A stretch of 64,000 nucleotides of DNA from Squalus acanthias (taxonomy: Eukaryota): assembly GCA_030390025.1 (NCBI GenBank), contig CM059431.1, positions 131,008,001 to 131,072,000 of the forward strand, given 5' to 3'. Under the pieces are notes generated by a model. It worked only from the letters and a program-made list of their open reading frames with translations, did no database searches and was not told where the DNA came from. A program made the position numbers and the translations under genes. This document shows, piece by piece, positions 11,616 through 24,003 of the stretch (position 1 is its first letter; each line of letters opens with the position of its first letter).

Positions 11616-12775
11616 ATGGGGGCTGCACTGATTGGGTCGTCGTCCTGCTCCAGCTGAATCGGAGGACACAGAGACGCAGAGAGAGAGTGGCAATGATGGC
11701 CAGACGGAGGAGGGCCAACAGGCGTATGTACAGGAGAGCTTACCCTCCCAGGTTATATCGTGAACAGCTCTCCTACATTCATATGTCTGAGGAGCTGTGT
11801 TTGCGAAGGCTGCGATTCAGCAAGGAGGTGGTCACTGAGCTCTGCCACCTGCTGCAGCCAGATCTGCAGCCTCAACTGAGGTCCAGGACGTCTCTGTCGG
11901 TGGCAGTGAAGGTCACAGTGGCTCTGAACTTCTATGCTACTGGCTCATTTCAAGCTGCTGCTGGGGACCTCGCCAATATCTCCCAGTTCGCGGTGCATTG
12001 CTGCATCCGGCAGGTCACAAATGCCCTCTTTAAAAGGAGACGACAGTTCATCTCTTTCCCCATGACCCCAGACAAGCAGCGTGACCGCGCTCTGGGCTTT
12101 GCGAGGATAGCGGGCTTCCCCATGGTGCAGGGCGCCATTGACTGCACGCATGTGGCTTTGCGTGCTCCACATGAGAATGCCGAGGAATTCCGGAACAGAA
12201 AGGGGTTCCATTCCTTGAATGTTCAGTTGGTCTGTGACCACAGACAGCTGATACTCGCTGTCAATGCCCACTATCCTGGCAGCTGCCACGATGCTTTCAT
12301 CCTGCGCCAGACTACTGTGGCAGAACTTTTCGAGGCACCGCATGAGCCAGTTGGTTGGCTTCTCGGGGACAAGGGGTATCCATTGAGCACCTGGCTGATG
12401 ACACCGCTCCGTACACCCAACACCCCTGCTGAGCTGCGGTACAACGAGAGCCATCAAGCTACCAGGAACATCATTGAGCGCACAATCGGCGTGCTGAAGC
12501 AACGGTTCCGCTGTCTCGACCATTCTGGAGGAGCCCTGCAGTACTCGCCTGAGCGAGTATCCAACTTCGTAGTTGTGTGCTGCATGTTGCATAACATGGC
12601 AATCGTCAGGACCCAGCCAATGCCACCAGGCCTTGGAGCACCACCAGAGGAGGAGGAGGAAGAGGAGGAAGAGGACGAGGAGGATGATCATCAGCAGCAC
12701 CAAGGCGGGAGGGCGGCCCACAATGGTGAAACTGCAAGGGCCGTCCGTCAACGGCTGATAGCAAGCCGCTTCTAG
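11616..12775 (+). CDS. Harbinger DDE transposase (HARBI1-like); apparent 1-nt frameshift after codon 7
   Basis: [27 protein letters not shown] and ERTIGVLKQRF are all intact, with an acidic tail. The ATG at 11616 (MGAALIG) is one base out of frame with the long ORF. Confidence 0.93.
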
Positions 12776-13087
12776 GGCCCCTGCTGTGGAAATGGCTTCT
12801 GCCATTGCTAACAACATCAATGAACCCAGCACGCAACCCCTAAGCCGGCCAAGGCACCAATGATTCCAAGCACCAAACATGTATATTTTGAATACAAAAA
12901 CTTATTTATTTTACAAACTCTGTGTGTGTCATTTCCTCATGACAAACTCATAGAAATAAACACAAAAAAACAGTCATTAACATAACTGGTTCTCACAACC
13001 TGGAGATAATGTCCAAAACACTAGACAAAAGTTGGACCACGAACCTCGGCCTTTAATAAAAAAATGACCAGCATTTTGTCACACCTC

Positions 13088-15123
13088 CTACTTTTTGCCC
13101 TTCGAGGGTGATCTCCTTCCCTTGCGCACTTCCCCCCTTCTAACCCGACTGCTCCTCCGTAATGGGACCTCAGTGGCTGCAGCAAGGCTGGTGGAAGGCT
13201 GCAGATTGTCAGACCCTGACACTGCAGATGCCCCTGAAGGACGGCCTCGACCAGTTCTGGGCCTGGAGGGCCCGGCTGCAGACAACACCAACTCTGCATG
13301 GGCGGCAGCAGTCTGTCCTACAGGCGGTGGCAAGTGCAGTGGAGAAGTGACAGTGTTGGCAGCAGGAATGCTGTCATCGTGAGAGAGGACAGCAACTCCC
13401 TGCTCGCCCGACACACTGGCACTCCCACGGGGCAGCACTTCAGCATCCGGAGCAATCTGCTGGAGCACAGATTGCTGGCCTGCTGCGGCGCGGTGAGAGC
13501 CCCGGGGACATGTGAACGAACCATCGAGGTTGGCAGCAGTCAGTGCTCGCGTGGCCTCAATCTGAGTCTGCATGAGAGCAGTCATAGATGGGATCACGGC
13601 AGTCAGTGACTGAATTGCAGCACTAAGCTTTAGTGTGGCATCCGCCTGTGCTACAGCGAAGTGCTCCACACTCCTTGCCAGTGACTCAATGCATTCGGGC
13701 ACCCTTCCCACTGCACCCATGAGCTCAGTGTGCATGCCCACCGCCTGGGTGTTCATTTCTGCGATCAGCCGCTCCTCCTCTGCGTCCATTGCAGTAGGAG
13801 TCGCTGGCATACTCTCCCTCTGGGGAGAAGGCCCCCGTTCTTCCCTACCCCCATGGCGTTGCTGCAGCCCGCTGGGTCCTGGAGCTTCACCCTCATCAGA
13901 CCCTTCCCCCCTGCTCCCCTCCAGGGAAGGCGTGTTCCCAGTGTGGGCATGGGCTTCCTCGGGAGAGGGTGGCACTGATGCTCCGGCTTCCTCTTCCTCC
14001 TCGGCTGCAGCTTCACTCCCACTGGCAGCTTCAGGGCCCGTCTCCTCAGCTGGTGAATCACCATCTGAAAGCAGGGAGGTACAAGAGTGGCTTTAGCGTG
14101 AGGACAGGGTGGCAGTAAGGGAGGAATAAGTGCAGCGAGTTAGCAAGTTGGATTGAAAGTGTCAAAGGCTGGTGTTGTGAGGGACAAGTGGAAGGACAGA
14201 GGACAAAAAGGTGATGACCTTACCATTGCTGTCCAGAATGGGGTCGGCGTCTCCAGTGGCGACGGGACCGATCACCCGGCTTGCCACAATCCTGTGGACG
14301 CGCTCCTCAAGATCGCTGAGGGGTTGCAGCTGAGGCCGCCCTCCACCTGTCCATTGCTGCTGTCTCCTATTATGCGCCAGCTTGGCCTGCAAGTAAAAGG
14401 ACAGCATCTGAGTAAATATACAGCCATGGTCTTGCCTGATGTGCCTCCCATAGCTGAATAGCCCTTACTGTATGCAGCCATGGTCTTGCCTGATGTGCCT
14501 CCCATAGGTGAATAGCCCTTACTGTATGCAGCCATGGTCTTGCCTGATGTGCCTCCCATAGCTGAATAGCCCTTACTGTATGCAGCCATGGTCTTGCCTG
14601 ATGTGCCTCCCATAGGTGAATAGCCCTTACTGTATGCAGCCATGGTCTTGCCTGATGTGCCTCCCATAGGTGAATAGCCCTTACTGTATGCAGCCATGGT
14701 CTTGCCTGATGTGCCTCCCATAGGTGAATAGCCCTTACTGTATGCAAAGTGTGGAATGTGTGTGTGTGTTTCATGAAAGGGCCATAGGTGTTGGATGAGT
14801 GTTGTGCATTGGGGTTTTAAGACCCTCTGGCCATAGAGTGAGGTTGAGATGGAGGGATGGAGAGGTATTGAGAAAAAGCCACTCACCCTGACGACCCGAG
14901 TGAGGTCGTTGAACTTTTTGCGGCATTGAACATGGGTCCTGGGCACCATGCTCCTGGAGGAGACGCTCTGAGCCACCTCCCTCCACACTCTTCTGTACTC
15001 GCGTGGCAAAGGCCTCCTGCCACTCTCAGGGAAGAGTATAGATCTTCTGCGCTCCACCGCGCCAACCAGAGCATCCAAGGCCCGCTCGGTGAAGCGCTGA
15101 GCTCGTTCTCTCACCCTCTCCAT
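13088..15123 (-). CDS. Harbinger Myb/SANT-like (trihelix) DNA-binding partner, 3 exons, ~458 aa
   Basis: Exons 15123-14887, 14386-14224 and 14064-13088 have GT-AG borders and splice in frame (phases 0 and 1). Motifs RFTERALDALV...W.EVA..V...QCRKKFNDL and TGGG. Confidence 0.88.
14421..14744. repeat. 54-bp minisatellite x6 in Myb intron 1
   Basis: Unit cagccatggtcttgcctgatgtgcctcccatag[c/g]tgaatagcccttactgtatg at 14421, 14475, 14529, 14583, 14637 and 14691. Confidence 0.97.
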
Positions 15124-16312
15124 CCTTGGCAGCAAAATGGATTCACAGGTCTCTCCAGGCCGAGATTCAAGGCTGCAATGAGCAGGGTGTGGCTGGGGAG
15201 CAAGTTGGCCCTCCCGCTTTAAGAACCGGCCGGCGCCAGTGTGTCTGTGTTCCCTCGCTAACTGGCAGCACCTGCGCTGCGCTCGCGCGCTGAGTTAGCA
15301 CCTCACTGCTCGGCCTTTGCGCCTTAAGACAGGTGTGCAGCGCCTGATTTAGCGCTCCACTCACCTCCCGGGGCGGTAAAAGTGAAGTTTCCAGTCAGTG
15401 GCGATAATTAGCGCCAGGCGCTAATTTTTGCGTCCAGATGATATTTGCGCCCCAAACGGGGCGCGATCTAATTTTTCCCCCTTTGTGTACAGGATAATTA
15501 GAGAACATCCATTCTCCAGATTGAATTGGATTCTCTCCTCCAGCAGAAATACAGGAGTCAGTGATTCAGAAGCAATTCCAGGCTTACAGCGCTCACTCAA
15601 AGCAATTTAGGAACTGTTGTTAGTTACTTGATTCCTATGGTGGAAAAATCCAAGGCAAATGGATGAATATGCAGTGGATACCAAGAGGAAGGATGTGTTT
15701 ACCCAGCACTGCTACCACCTTGCAAGCAAGTAGCCCAGGGGCAGATTAAGGGTCATTCCATGCAATTTACCCAGAGGTTTCTTGGGCATTTCTCAATTAG
15801 ATTCTAACTGGCAGCATATGCCAGTCTGTTGCACGGAGCAATACTCAAAGAAACACTAAACATTACTCTCCAAATTAAACTGAAACACGCAATGATGCAT
15901 TGCGCATATCAGTCCTGGCACCTGATGTTATGAAACCTACACCGTGGCCTCCCCCCTCATAATTTTGCACATTTTCACAAGTGTGCTGAGCTTGTGGTTT
16001 CCCCAGAACTAATCAAGCTAGGCTGGGCCCTTTTGATGTGTGGACAATGCATATCATTCCAAGAATGAAGAAGACCCTATCAGGTCGGCAATCTATCTTT
16101 ATTTCCAGTGCCGTGATTTTGGCAATACATCAACAGTCAAGTGAGGAGCGTATGCCATCCACGTTCCATGGCCGTCGTGTAAATAGTGTCCAAACCATTC
16201 TGGCCTAATCTAAATCTGATTTGAATGCATCTCCCAGGTGGGGGTGGGGGTGGGGGTGGGGGTGGAGCAAAGAGTGAGTGGGTTTGAGAGCGGGTGGGTG
16301 GTTAAATGCGCT

Positions 16313-17889
16313 TGCGTCTGCGCTCACTCGGAGGTTGAACTCCAAACCATCGTCAACACCTTCACCGAAGCGTACGAGAGCATCGGCCTTACACGAAACA
16401 TCCGTAAGACAAAGGTCCTCTACCAACCTGCCCCCGCCACACAGTACTGCCCCCCAAAATCCACGACAAGGCCTTGGACAACGTGGACCACTTTCCATAC
16501 CTCGGGAGCCTACTGTCAACAAGGGCAGACATCGACGACGAAGTCCAACACCGCCTTCAGTGTGCCAGTGCAGCCTTCGGTCGCCTGAGGAAGAGAGTGT
16601 TTGAAGACCAGGACCTCAAACCCGGCACTAAGCTCATGGTCTACAGAGCAGCATTGATACCCGCCCTGCTGTATGCCTCAGAGACATGGACCATGTACAG
16701 CAGGCACCTCAAAGCACTGGAGAGGTACCACCAACGCTGCCTCCACAAGATCCTGCAAATCCATTGGCAGGATAGGTGCACCAATGTCAGTGTTCTTGCT
16801 CAGGCCAACATCCCCAGCATTGAAGCTTTGACCACACTCGATCAGCTCTGATGGACGGGTCACGTTGTCCGCATGTCCGATACGAGACTCCCAAAACAAG
16901 CGCTCTACTCGGATCTCCGGCACGGCAAGAGAGCCCCAGGTGGGCAGAGGAAACGCTTCAAGGACACCCTCAAAGCCTCCTTGAAAAAGTGTAACATCCC
17001 CACCGACACCTGGGAATCCCTGGCCCAAGTGGAGGAGAAGCATCCGGGAAGGCGCCGAACACCTCGAGTCTCTTTGCCGGGAGCAAGCAGAAGCCAAGCA
17101 CAGGCAGCGCAAAGAGCGCACGTCAACCCAAGCACCCCACCCACCTGCTCCTTCAACCACCGTCTGCCCCACCTGTGACAGACACTGTGGGCTGGATTTT
17201 CATTGACCCGTGGAGGCGGGTTTGGAGGCGTGTGGGGGGTTAAAATAGCAAAAACTGGCGGGTGGGCACAAGTCCGCCTCCATCCCGCCTCCACACAATT
17301 TTCATGAAATCGTGTCTGCTGGTCCCGACTGCATCCCGCCTTTAAGAGATGGGATAGGCTGTTAAGGCCCTTAACAAGCACTAAATTGGCTCTATAATGC
17401 CATTTGGAAAGGCCTCTGTGATTTTAATCCTTGTTCTACGTGCAGTACGCCTGTTCTGAACCACGATTGTGAATCTCTCTCTCTCTCTCTCGTGGTGTAA
17501 AAATATCTGGGAGCAGACTTAGGGCTGCTGCTCATTTTGCATCCAGGTCCTCTCACAGCAAAGGCCAGGCAGTCTCTGAAGACCTTCAATGCAGCAGCAA
17601 TGATGACATCATCAGAGACGACTTTCAGACTGAAAAGACTAATTGGTTCATGGGTTCCCACATGCTGGAACTCAATTGCCCAATTAGGTGAAAATGGCAT
17701 CAATCTCCCACTTCCAATTGCAGTCGGGTGGATAACACGAAAAGTGGATAACATGACCCCAACCCGCCCCAGTATCAAAATCCAGCCCTGTAGGTCCTGC
17801 ATTGGATTCATCAGTCACCTGCGAACTCATTTTTAATGTGAAAGCAAGTCATCCTCGGTTCCGAGGGACTGCCTAAGAAGAAGAAGAAG
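16313..17889 (+). mobile_element. RTE-clade LINE, 5'-truncated
   Basis: FPYLGS...AFGRLRKRVF...LLYASETW...GHVVRM..RLPKQ, an (aag)n tail and TSD aaatgcgct (16304-16312 / 17890-17898). Confidence 0.93.
17189..17788. mobile_element. Harbinger-type MITE family B inside the RTE
   Basis: TIR gggctggatttt / aaaatccagccc, TSD TGT. Homologous (inverted) to 40824-41571. Confidence 0.92.
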
Positions 17890-17988
17890 AAATGCGCTGA
17901 TATAGACAGCGCGTTGGAAAGCCGGCTTCAACCTGCCGGCTTCCGCATTTCACTCCAACGCGTTCGGCTGCGAGCGAGATACCCCATC

Positions 17989-18377
17989 GGACTAGTAATC
18001 CAAAGGCCTGGATAATGATCCAGGGACATGAGTTCAAATCCCACCACAGCAGATGTGCAATTTGAATTCAGTTAATTAAATAAATCTGGAATAAAAAGCT
18101 AGTATCAGTAATGGTGACCATGAAACTACTGGATTGTTGTAAAAACCCATCTGGTTCATTAATGTCATTTAGGGAAGGAAATCTGCCGTCCTTACCCGGT
18201 CTGGCCTATATGTGACTCCAGACCCGCAGCAATGTGGTTGACTATGAAATGGCCTAGCAAACCACTCAGTTGTATCAAACCGCTAGGGAAAACTGCAGCG
18301 ATTCAAGAAGGCAGCTCACCACTACCTTCTCAAGGGCAATTAGGGATTACCCATACCCCATGAATGAATAAAAAAAG
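17989..18377 (+). mobile_element. tRNA-derived SINE sharing its 3' tail with the LINE at 8910-9540
   Basis: B-box gagttcaaatcc. Tail ttcaagaaggcagctcaccac..ccttctcaagggca.ttaggga...atgaatgaata matches the LINE 3' end. Confidence 0.8.
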
Positions 18378-18706
18378 AGGTGGTTACCAATTTAAAGCAA
18401 TTAAAAGGTTATTAAGTGCATTTTTCAAATGGATTTTCAACTTTAACTGTGTGTGCACAGGATTCCTGGGCTTCCTGGACCTCACCAGTGAAAACAAGGT
18501 GAGAGCACAGTAGCAATTGAGGAGGCTGAACAAATGAGAGGCAAAAATTCACATAAGTTCTGAGACCTCACACCTGGCTTTTGTTTACAGCACTTGTTCT
18601 GAGAGTTTGCTTTCAGTACTTTTCAAGTGATTTCTACAACTTTGGAGGTCACTCTCGGTACATTGGAGGTCACTCTCACCACTTTGGAGGATTGTGCATC
18701 TCATCT

Positions 18707-20458
18707 TGTAAAGGAATGAGCCATATTTCAGAAAAATACACCATCGTATGAACAGAATTCTGATATTATTAAAATATGACAAACTGGGGTTAAAAATCTA
18801 AAAGCCTCAATGACACAAGCTGTAAACAGAAATACAGGCTTCTGAGATAAGATGAAGTGTTAACACAAAGCTGTAAACACCATACAAGCTTTTGAAATGG
18901 GAAATGGTTATTGACATTGAGACAATGGCCTATTGAAGAAGCAAAGGCTTGGTTCCAAGGAGTCTGCAGTTTGGAACCAACACAATAGCTATACCCAGTT
19001 TAAAGTGTTAAAAAGCAAACACTTCAAACAGGAACACAGAACATTAAAAAACCATGTGCCTTTGTAAAAGTAACATCAAATGAAACAGGAAACACAATTA
19101 TATATACAACCAATTGAAGTAGCTAAGAAATGCATGGAACACCCTGGTTGAAGTGGTTTTGATTTACATATTGTAAATATGATACCTACAGAACACTTTG
19201 AAGATATAATATCAATAGATGTACCAAGCAATCACATTGTGTTTGTATTGAACTTGGAACAGTTGGGAGACATGACATAGGTGGCATAGTGGTTAGCACT
19301 GTTGCCTCACAGCGCCAGGGACCTGGGTTCGAATCCGGCCCCGGGTGACTGTCTGTGTGGAGTTTGCACATTCTCCCTCTGTCTGCGTGGGTTTCCTCCG
19401 GTTTCCTCCCACAGTCCAAAGATGTGCAGGTTAGGTTGATTTGGCTATGATAAATTGACCCTTAGTGTTAGGGGGATTAAATACGTGGGGATAGGGTGGG
19501 ATATGTGTCGGTGCAGGCTCGATGGGCCGAAATGGCCTCTATCTGCACTGTGGGGATTCTGTGATTCTGTGACATCTGCTTAAGGGGACATTAAGAATTC
19601 AATAGAAGACCTCGTAAGAATGGCATCAAATAGATAAGTCTGTTAAACCATATTTGATGATAAGTTATGAAACACCTATACAGCAGACAGGATTCTGAGA
19701 GTTAGCAGCTGAACTAACAGTAAGAATAGAAAGAAGTCAACAGAAAGACTGACTAGAGATAATTAGCTTACATCAGCAGAAAACTTCAAAGGAGATACGA
19801 CTGCAAAAAGAGTATAAGATATGGGATTTTCAAATGGGAAAACAGAAAGTCGCTGGAACGGGCAGGCGATTCTCAGCTTCAGAGGCAGGCTCTGTAAGTT
19901 TTTAACTCTTTGAGTCTCGGGGATCAAACGGTACTTTAATTGATTTTGGTGGATATTCTGGATTACGAATAAGACTTAGAAATGTAAAAATGTAATGAAG
20001 TTAAGATTTGAGAATAAGGATCTCTGAGAATAGTAAGCTATTTGTATTTTGAACTGTTAAAGTTATGATTGACTCATAAGCTGTTAACTAAATGTCGGTT
20101 CCTTAATAAATCTATATATTTTTAGAATTGTCTCACAGAATATTTCTGTATCAACCTCGCAAACTCAAATCTCTGTACACTCTTTTGTGAGGAGTTGCAG
20201 AATTCTGTTTTTTTTTCCAGACCCTCATAATATCCAGAAGGTTACAGTCTAGTTAAACTTATTAAAAGTGTTATCTGGAGGACGGTAATATCTTCAAGTC
20301 ATTTCTTTCATTTAGGGAGAGATAGTCTGGACCTTTAGAACCAATTAAGCGTCTTATAGGATTCGGCTATCCCTAACTTTAGTTGAAGGGGAACGTCTGG
20401 GGAATACGCCTGATCTGGGGTAGCCCGAGAAGGGCTAGGACTTGTAATTATCCCTTCA
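18707..20458 (+). mobile_element. Solo LTR family A
   Basis: TGtaaagga...tcccttCA termini, 4-bp TSD ATCT (18703-18706 / 20459-20462), aataaa at ~20105. Confidence 0.88.
19279..19572 (+). mobile_element. V-SINE (HE1-like) inside the LTR
   Basis: A-box tggcatagtgg, B-box gggttcgaatcc, V-domain gtctgtgtggagtttgcacattctccc...gggtttcctccgg and a (gattct) CR1-type tail. Confidence 0.85.
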
Positions 20459-20493
20459 ATCTCTACTTTACATCTGTCATATATCAGATCAGC

Positions 20494-21614
20494 ATGGGTG
20501 CTGCTTATGTTGTTTCACCTTGGACCTCAGATGAGAACCAAGATGAGCACCAGCAGGAGCAGCAGCAGGAGCAGCAGCAGCCTTCTCCTCACCGAACTGC
20601 TGCTCCACAGGAGCGAGGGGATGAACATAGGAATGCAGCTCGCAGGAGGCGATACCCCCAACACAGGGTGTATAGGCAGAGGATCAGCTTCCTGGACATG
20701 ACTGAACACCACTGCCTCAGGAGGCTCAGGCGATTGCGTCAGGTTGTAGCAGACATTTGTAGCCTGCTGGAACAAGACCTTCTGCCAAGTGGACCTGGTG
20801 GGCACGCGTTATCAGTGGCTGTCAAAGTGACCACCACCTTCAACATCTTCGCCTCAGGCTGCTTCCAGGAACCTGCAGGAGATATTTGCAGGATTTTGCA
20901 GTTGGCCACCCACAAATGCACCCCCCAGGTGACCAATGCCATTTTTGGCACGGCAAGCAGTTATGTACACTTTGCCACCAATGAAACCAATCAGAATGAG
21001 CGGGCGCTCGGGTTTGCAGCTCTGGCTGGGTTCCCACAGGTGCAGGGCATCATTGACTACACACTTGTGGTGATCAAGACACCCCCAGATCACCCAGGAG
21101 TGTTGGTGAACTGTAAGGGCTTCCACTCCCTCAATGTGCAGCTTGTCTGCAAACACAAAAAGATCATCATGCATGTGTGTGCCAGATTCCCAGAGAGCTG
21201 TCATGATTGTTTCACCATGCGCCAGTCCACCCTACCTCAGCTCTTCGCATCTCCGAACAGACAAGGGTATCCACTGAAGATGTGGCTGATGACACCCTTG
21301 AGGAGCCCAAGCAATGAGGCTGAAGAGCGCTACAGTCAAATCCAAATGACGACGAGCTATGTAATAGAGCAAGCAATCAGGATGCTGAAGATGCGCTTCA
21401 GATGCCTGGACAGATCTGGAGGAACCCTTCAATACACACAGCCAGGGTATGCTGCGCTCTGCACAACATAGCACAGCAGCGAGGATTGGAGTTGCAGGAG
21501 GAGTAAAGTGTAGAGCACAGAGCCTCTTTGGAGGAGGAGGAACTTGATGTGGACATGGCACCAGCAGTGATGCATATTGCTGCCCAGGATTCCCTCATAA
21601 TGGCACGATTTAGT
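20494..21614 (+). pseudogene. Harbinger transposase of element H2, decayed
   Basis: MGAAYVVSPW...GIIDYT...[10 protein letters not shown] deletion removes the LGD of LGDKGY, and the 3' end is frameshifted. Confidence 0.9.
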
Positions 21615-21919
21615 TAGGTTGCACCAGTGCACCAATCTGGCACCCAGATGCTGAACCCACTTGTCCCCCGTCCCCCCATCCCCAGCACAAAGCATTCCTA
21701 CAATGACCAAACCATTACTTTCACAGACACCCATTGCTCACAGTTAAGTCATGTCTCACCATTCGTTACAAATGACAAGGCCACTTGCCAGGCAGCAGGC
21801 AAAAATGGCAAGGCAGGAAAGTGGTGCAAAGAAATAATATTATGTGTCGGAAAATTTAAACATAAACTTGACAGTGTAACATTGGCTAACACACCCACGT
21901 GCATACCCTTGTGCAACTA

Positions 21920-24003
21920 CTATTCTTTCATCTTCCTCTTTCAAGTACTTCTATGTCTGCAACCCCTGTGGCTTCAGCAGAGGTAGAGGCAGACTGCTCA
22001 CTTTCCTGCTCTGACTGCTGAGATGCTCTTGGCCGATGTCCTCTGGGTTTTGGAGTCCGTGAGGGCCCCACCAAAGACTGCTCCTCCTGCACCTGTGCAG
22101 GGGCAGACTCGGCCATCAGGACAGGAAGCAGCATCTAGGGCACTGACAGAGGGGTGGGAGGTGGGGGGGCAACGGGGTGAGAAGTGGAAGGGCTTTGAGC
22201 AGAGTCCCCACTTCTATGTCCCCTTTCGTCATCATCCCTCTCGTGTCCCACCCGCACTTCCCTGCTAGCAATGTGCTGGAGAGCAATTTGCTGCACATCA
22301 GTGGGGTGATGAATGGCCAAGGCTAGGTTTTGATCCATCCTAGTTAAGGTAGCATTCAGAGTGTGCAAGCTGTTGGTGAGGGCATGTATGCACTGATTTA
22401 ACTGCCGCGTTTGATGTTCCATGCAGGTGGCTACCCTTTCTATGGACGAATACATCATAGCTAAGGCCTGCGACATCATGCCAGTCATGCTTGAGATGGA
22501 CTCCTCTGTTCTCTCTGCAAGCGTGCACATCGCACCTGGAAATCCTGCTAGAGCCTCACGCATTTTTGCTGCTCCTCCAGAATTAACCTCTTTGTCGACG
22601 GCCCCCGAGGTTCAGCATCTGTGTCCAGCTGAGCAGAGCTTGGAGTGTCCTGCACCTTCTGACGAGGACTTTCCACTGCTGTCTCTGTCTCCACCATCTG
22701 CTCTTGCTCACATGTGATGTGTGAGACACCAGGTGATAACACAACTATCTGACTTGATGGTACCTCCGACGTGTGTGTATCTGCGCTGGTGCATGGTGTG
22801 CATCGCTCTGTGATGGTGCAGCCTCTGTGGAAGCGACCTCCACTGAGGAAACTTCTTCCTCCTCTGGCTGCACTGCCTGTTGGACACATGGGCCCATGGG
22901 AGAGTAAAGACATGAATTAAAACTGTCGTGATAAAACTGTTTATGAGTGAACATTATGAACATGATCATATTTCACTGGCTGCTGACATCAAGTCAACAT
23001 AATGAGTGCTGTATGCCATGTGGCTGTGTGATATTTAATTCTGTCACCAGGTAGCTGTGAGCTCCACATCTCTCACCGCCATGAATGCCGACACTCCACT
23101 TATTTCAGGTGCCTCCTCCTCTGCAACTGTCAACGTGGCAATGACTGGAGGGCCACCTCGGGTTCTCTGCCTCTCCCTGGTGTCTGTGCTCTCTACTCCT
23201 GCAAGGAGGGAAACAAGAGACCTGAGAGTCATGGAATGAATGGAATGGATGAATGGGCAACATCTGTTGAGGGTGACTATGAGGGAGAGGTGTGACATTG
23301 CAGTAAGATGAGGGTGAGTGTCAGTGGTGGATGGTCAGATGGGGATGCGAGGAAGTGCATAGACAGAGAGGGTTGGGTGCACCTGCAAGATACGTTGGTG
23401 TGAGGAATGATGTGCAGGAGTAGGCTTGGGAAGGCAGAGTGAGGGGGTTGGGATGACATGCACATCAGAATGTAGGGCAATGTGGCATTGTACTCACCTT
23501 TCCTGTCCTCATAAGATCATTAAATCTCTTCCTGCATTGTATCAGGGCTGCCCCACCACACTCCTGCTGCTCACCCCTGCCGCTATCTCCAGCCATGCCT
23601 TATTTGTAATTGAGGCTTGCTTCTTCCTCCCATAAGCAGAGAATAGAACCTCCCTCTGGACTCTAACCCCTCACAGCAGGAGGTTCAGGGGGGCATCACT
23701 GAAGCGAGGGGTAGCTTTTGTAAGTTGCAAATCCGTTTTCTCTGCAAGCAATCTCTCTCTCACCTCCACCAACCTTCAACTGTCGTCTTTGCAGTGTTCC
23801 TTTCAATACCTCAGCTGAATTGGACCCATGTGTGACATCATCATGCTCGCTAGCATTAATTGGTCGGGAAACGCGGAAGTCAGATGCAAATGCAGTGACT
23901 TCATTAAAAAGCCACTGACAAACACGCTACTGACACTTCCGGGTTCCCCACACGCTCCAAGAAACCCCCGTTGCCAGCATGTCGGATAGTGAAAATTCCG
24001 GCC
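21920..24003 (-). pseudogene. H2 Myb/SANT partner pseudogene (3 exons) and right terminus
   Basis: Decayed exon 1 (PRFSDA...), exon 2 (RERQRTRGGPP) and exon 3 (coiled-coil-like). TIR-like end gaaaattccggcc at 24003. Left TIR not found. Confidence 0.75.

Larger units (their letters stand above)
11102..15481 (+). mobile_element. Near-intact autonomous PIF/Harbinger DNA transposon (H1)
   Basis: TIR gggggaaaaatt / aatttttccccc, 3-bp TSD TTT, convergent transposase and Myb/SANT genes. Confidence 0.96.

Noticed and set aside
11945..12880. 311-aa antisense ORF, and similar antisense ORFs over CR1, RTE and pol
   Set aside because: Shadows of the coding strand with no recognisable motifs.
14421..14744. 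CRISPR-like array
   Set aside because: Units are contiguous and near-identical with no unique spacers, in a eukaryotic intron.
11603..15135. Domesticated host genes HARBI1 / NAIF1
   Set aside because: TIRs, a TSD and related MITEs show this is a transposon, so no host symbol was assigned.
16200..16312. Left TIR of Harbinger H2
   Set aside because: The sequence looks subterminal, but no match to ggccggaattttc preceded by ATA was found.
19279..19350. tRNA gene
   Set aside because: The A and B boxes run straight into a V-SINE body and tail.
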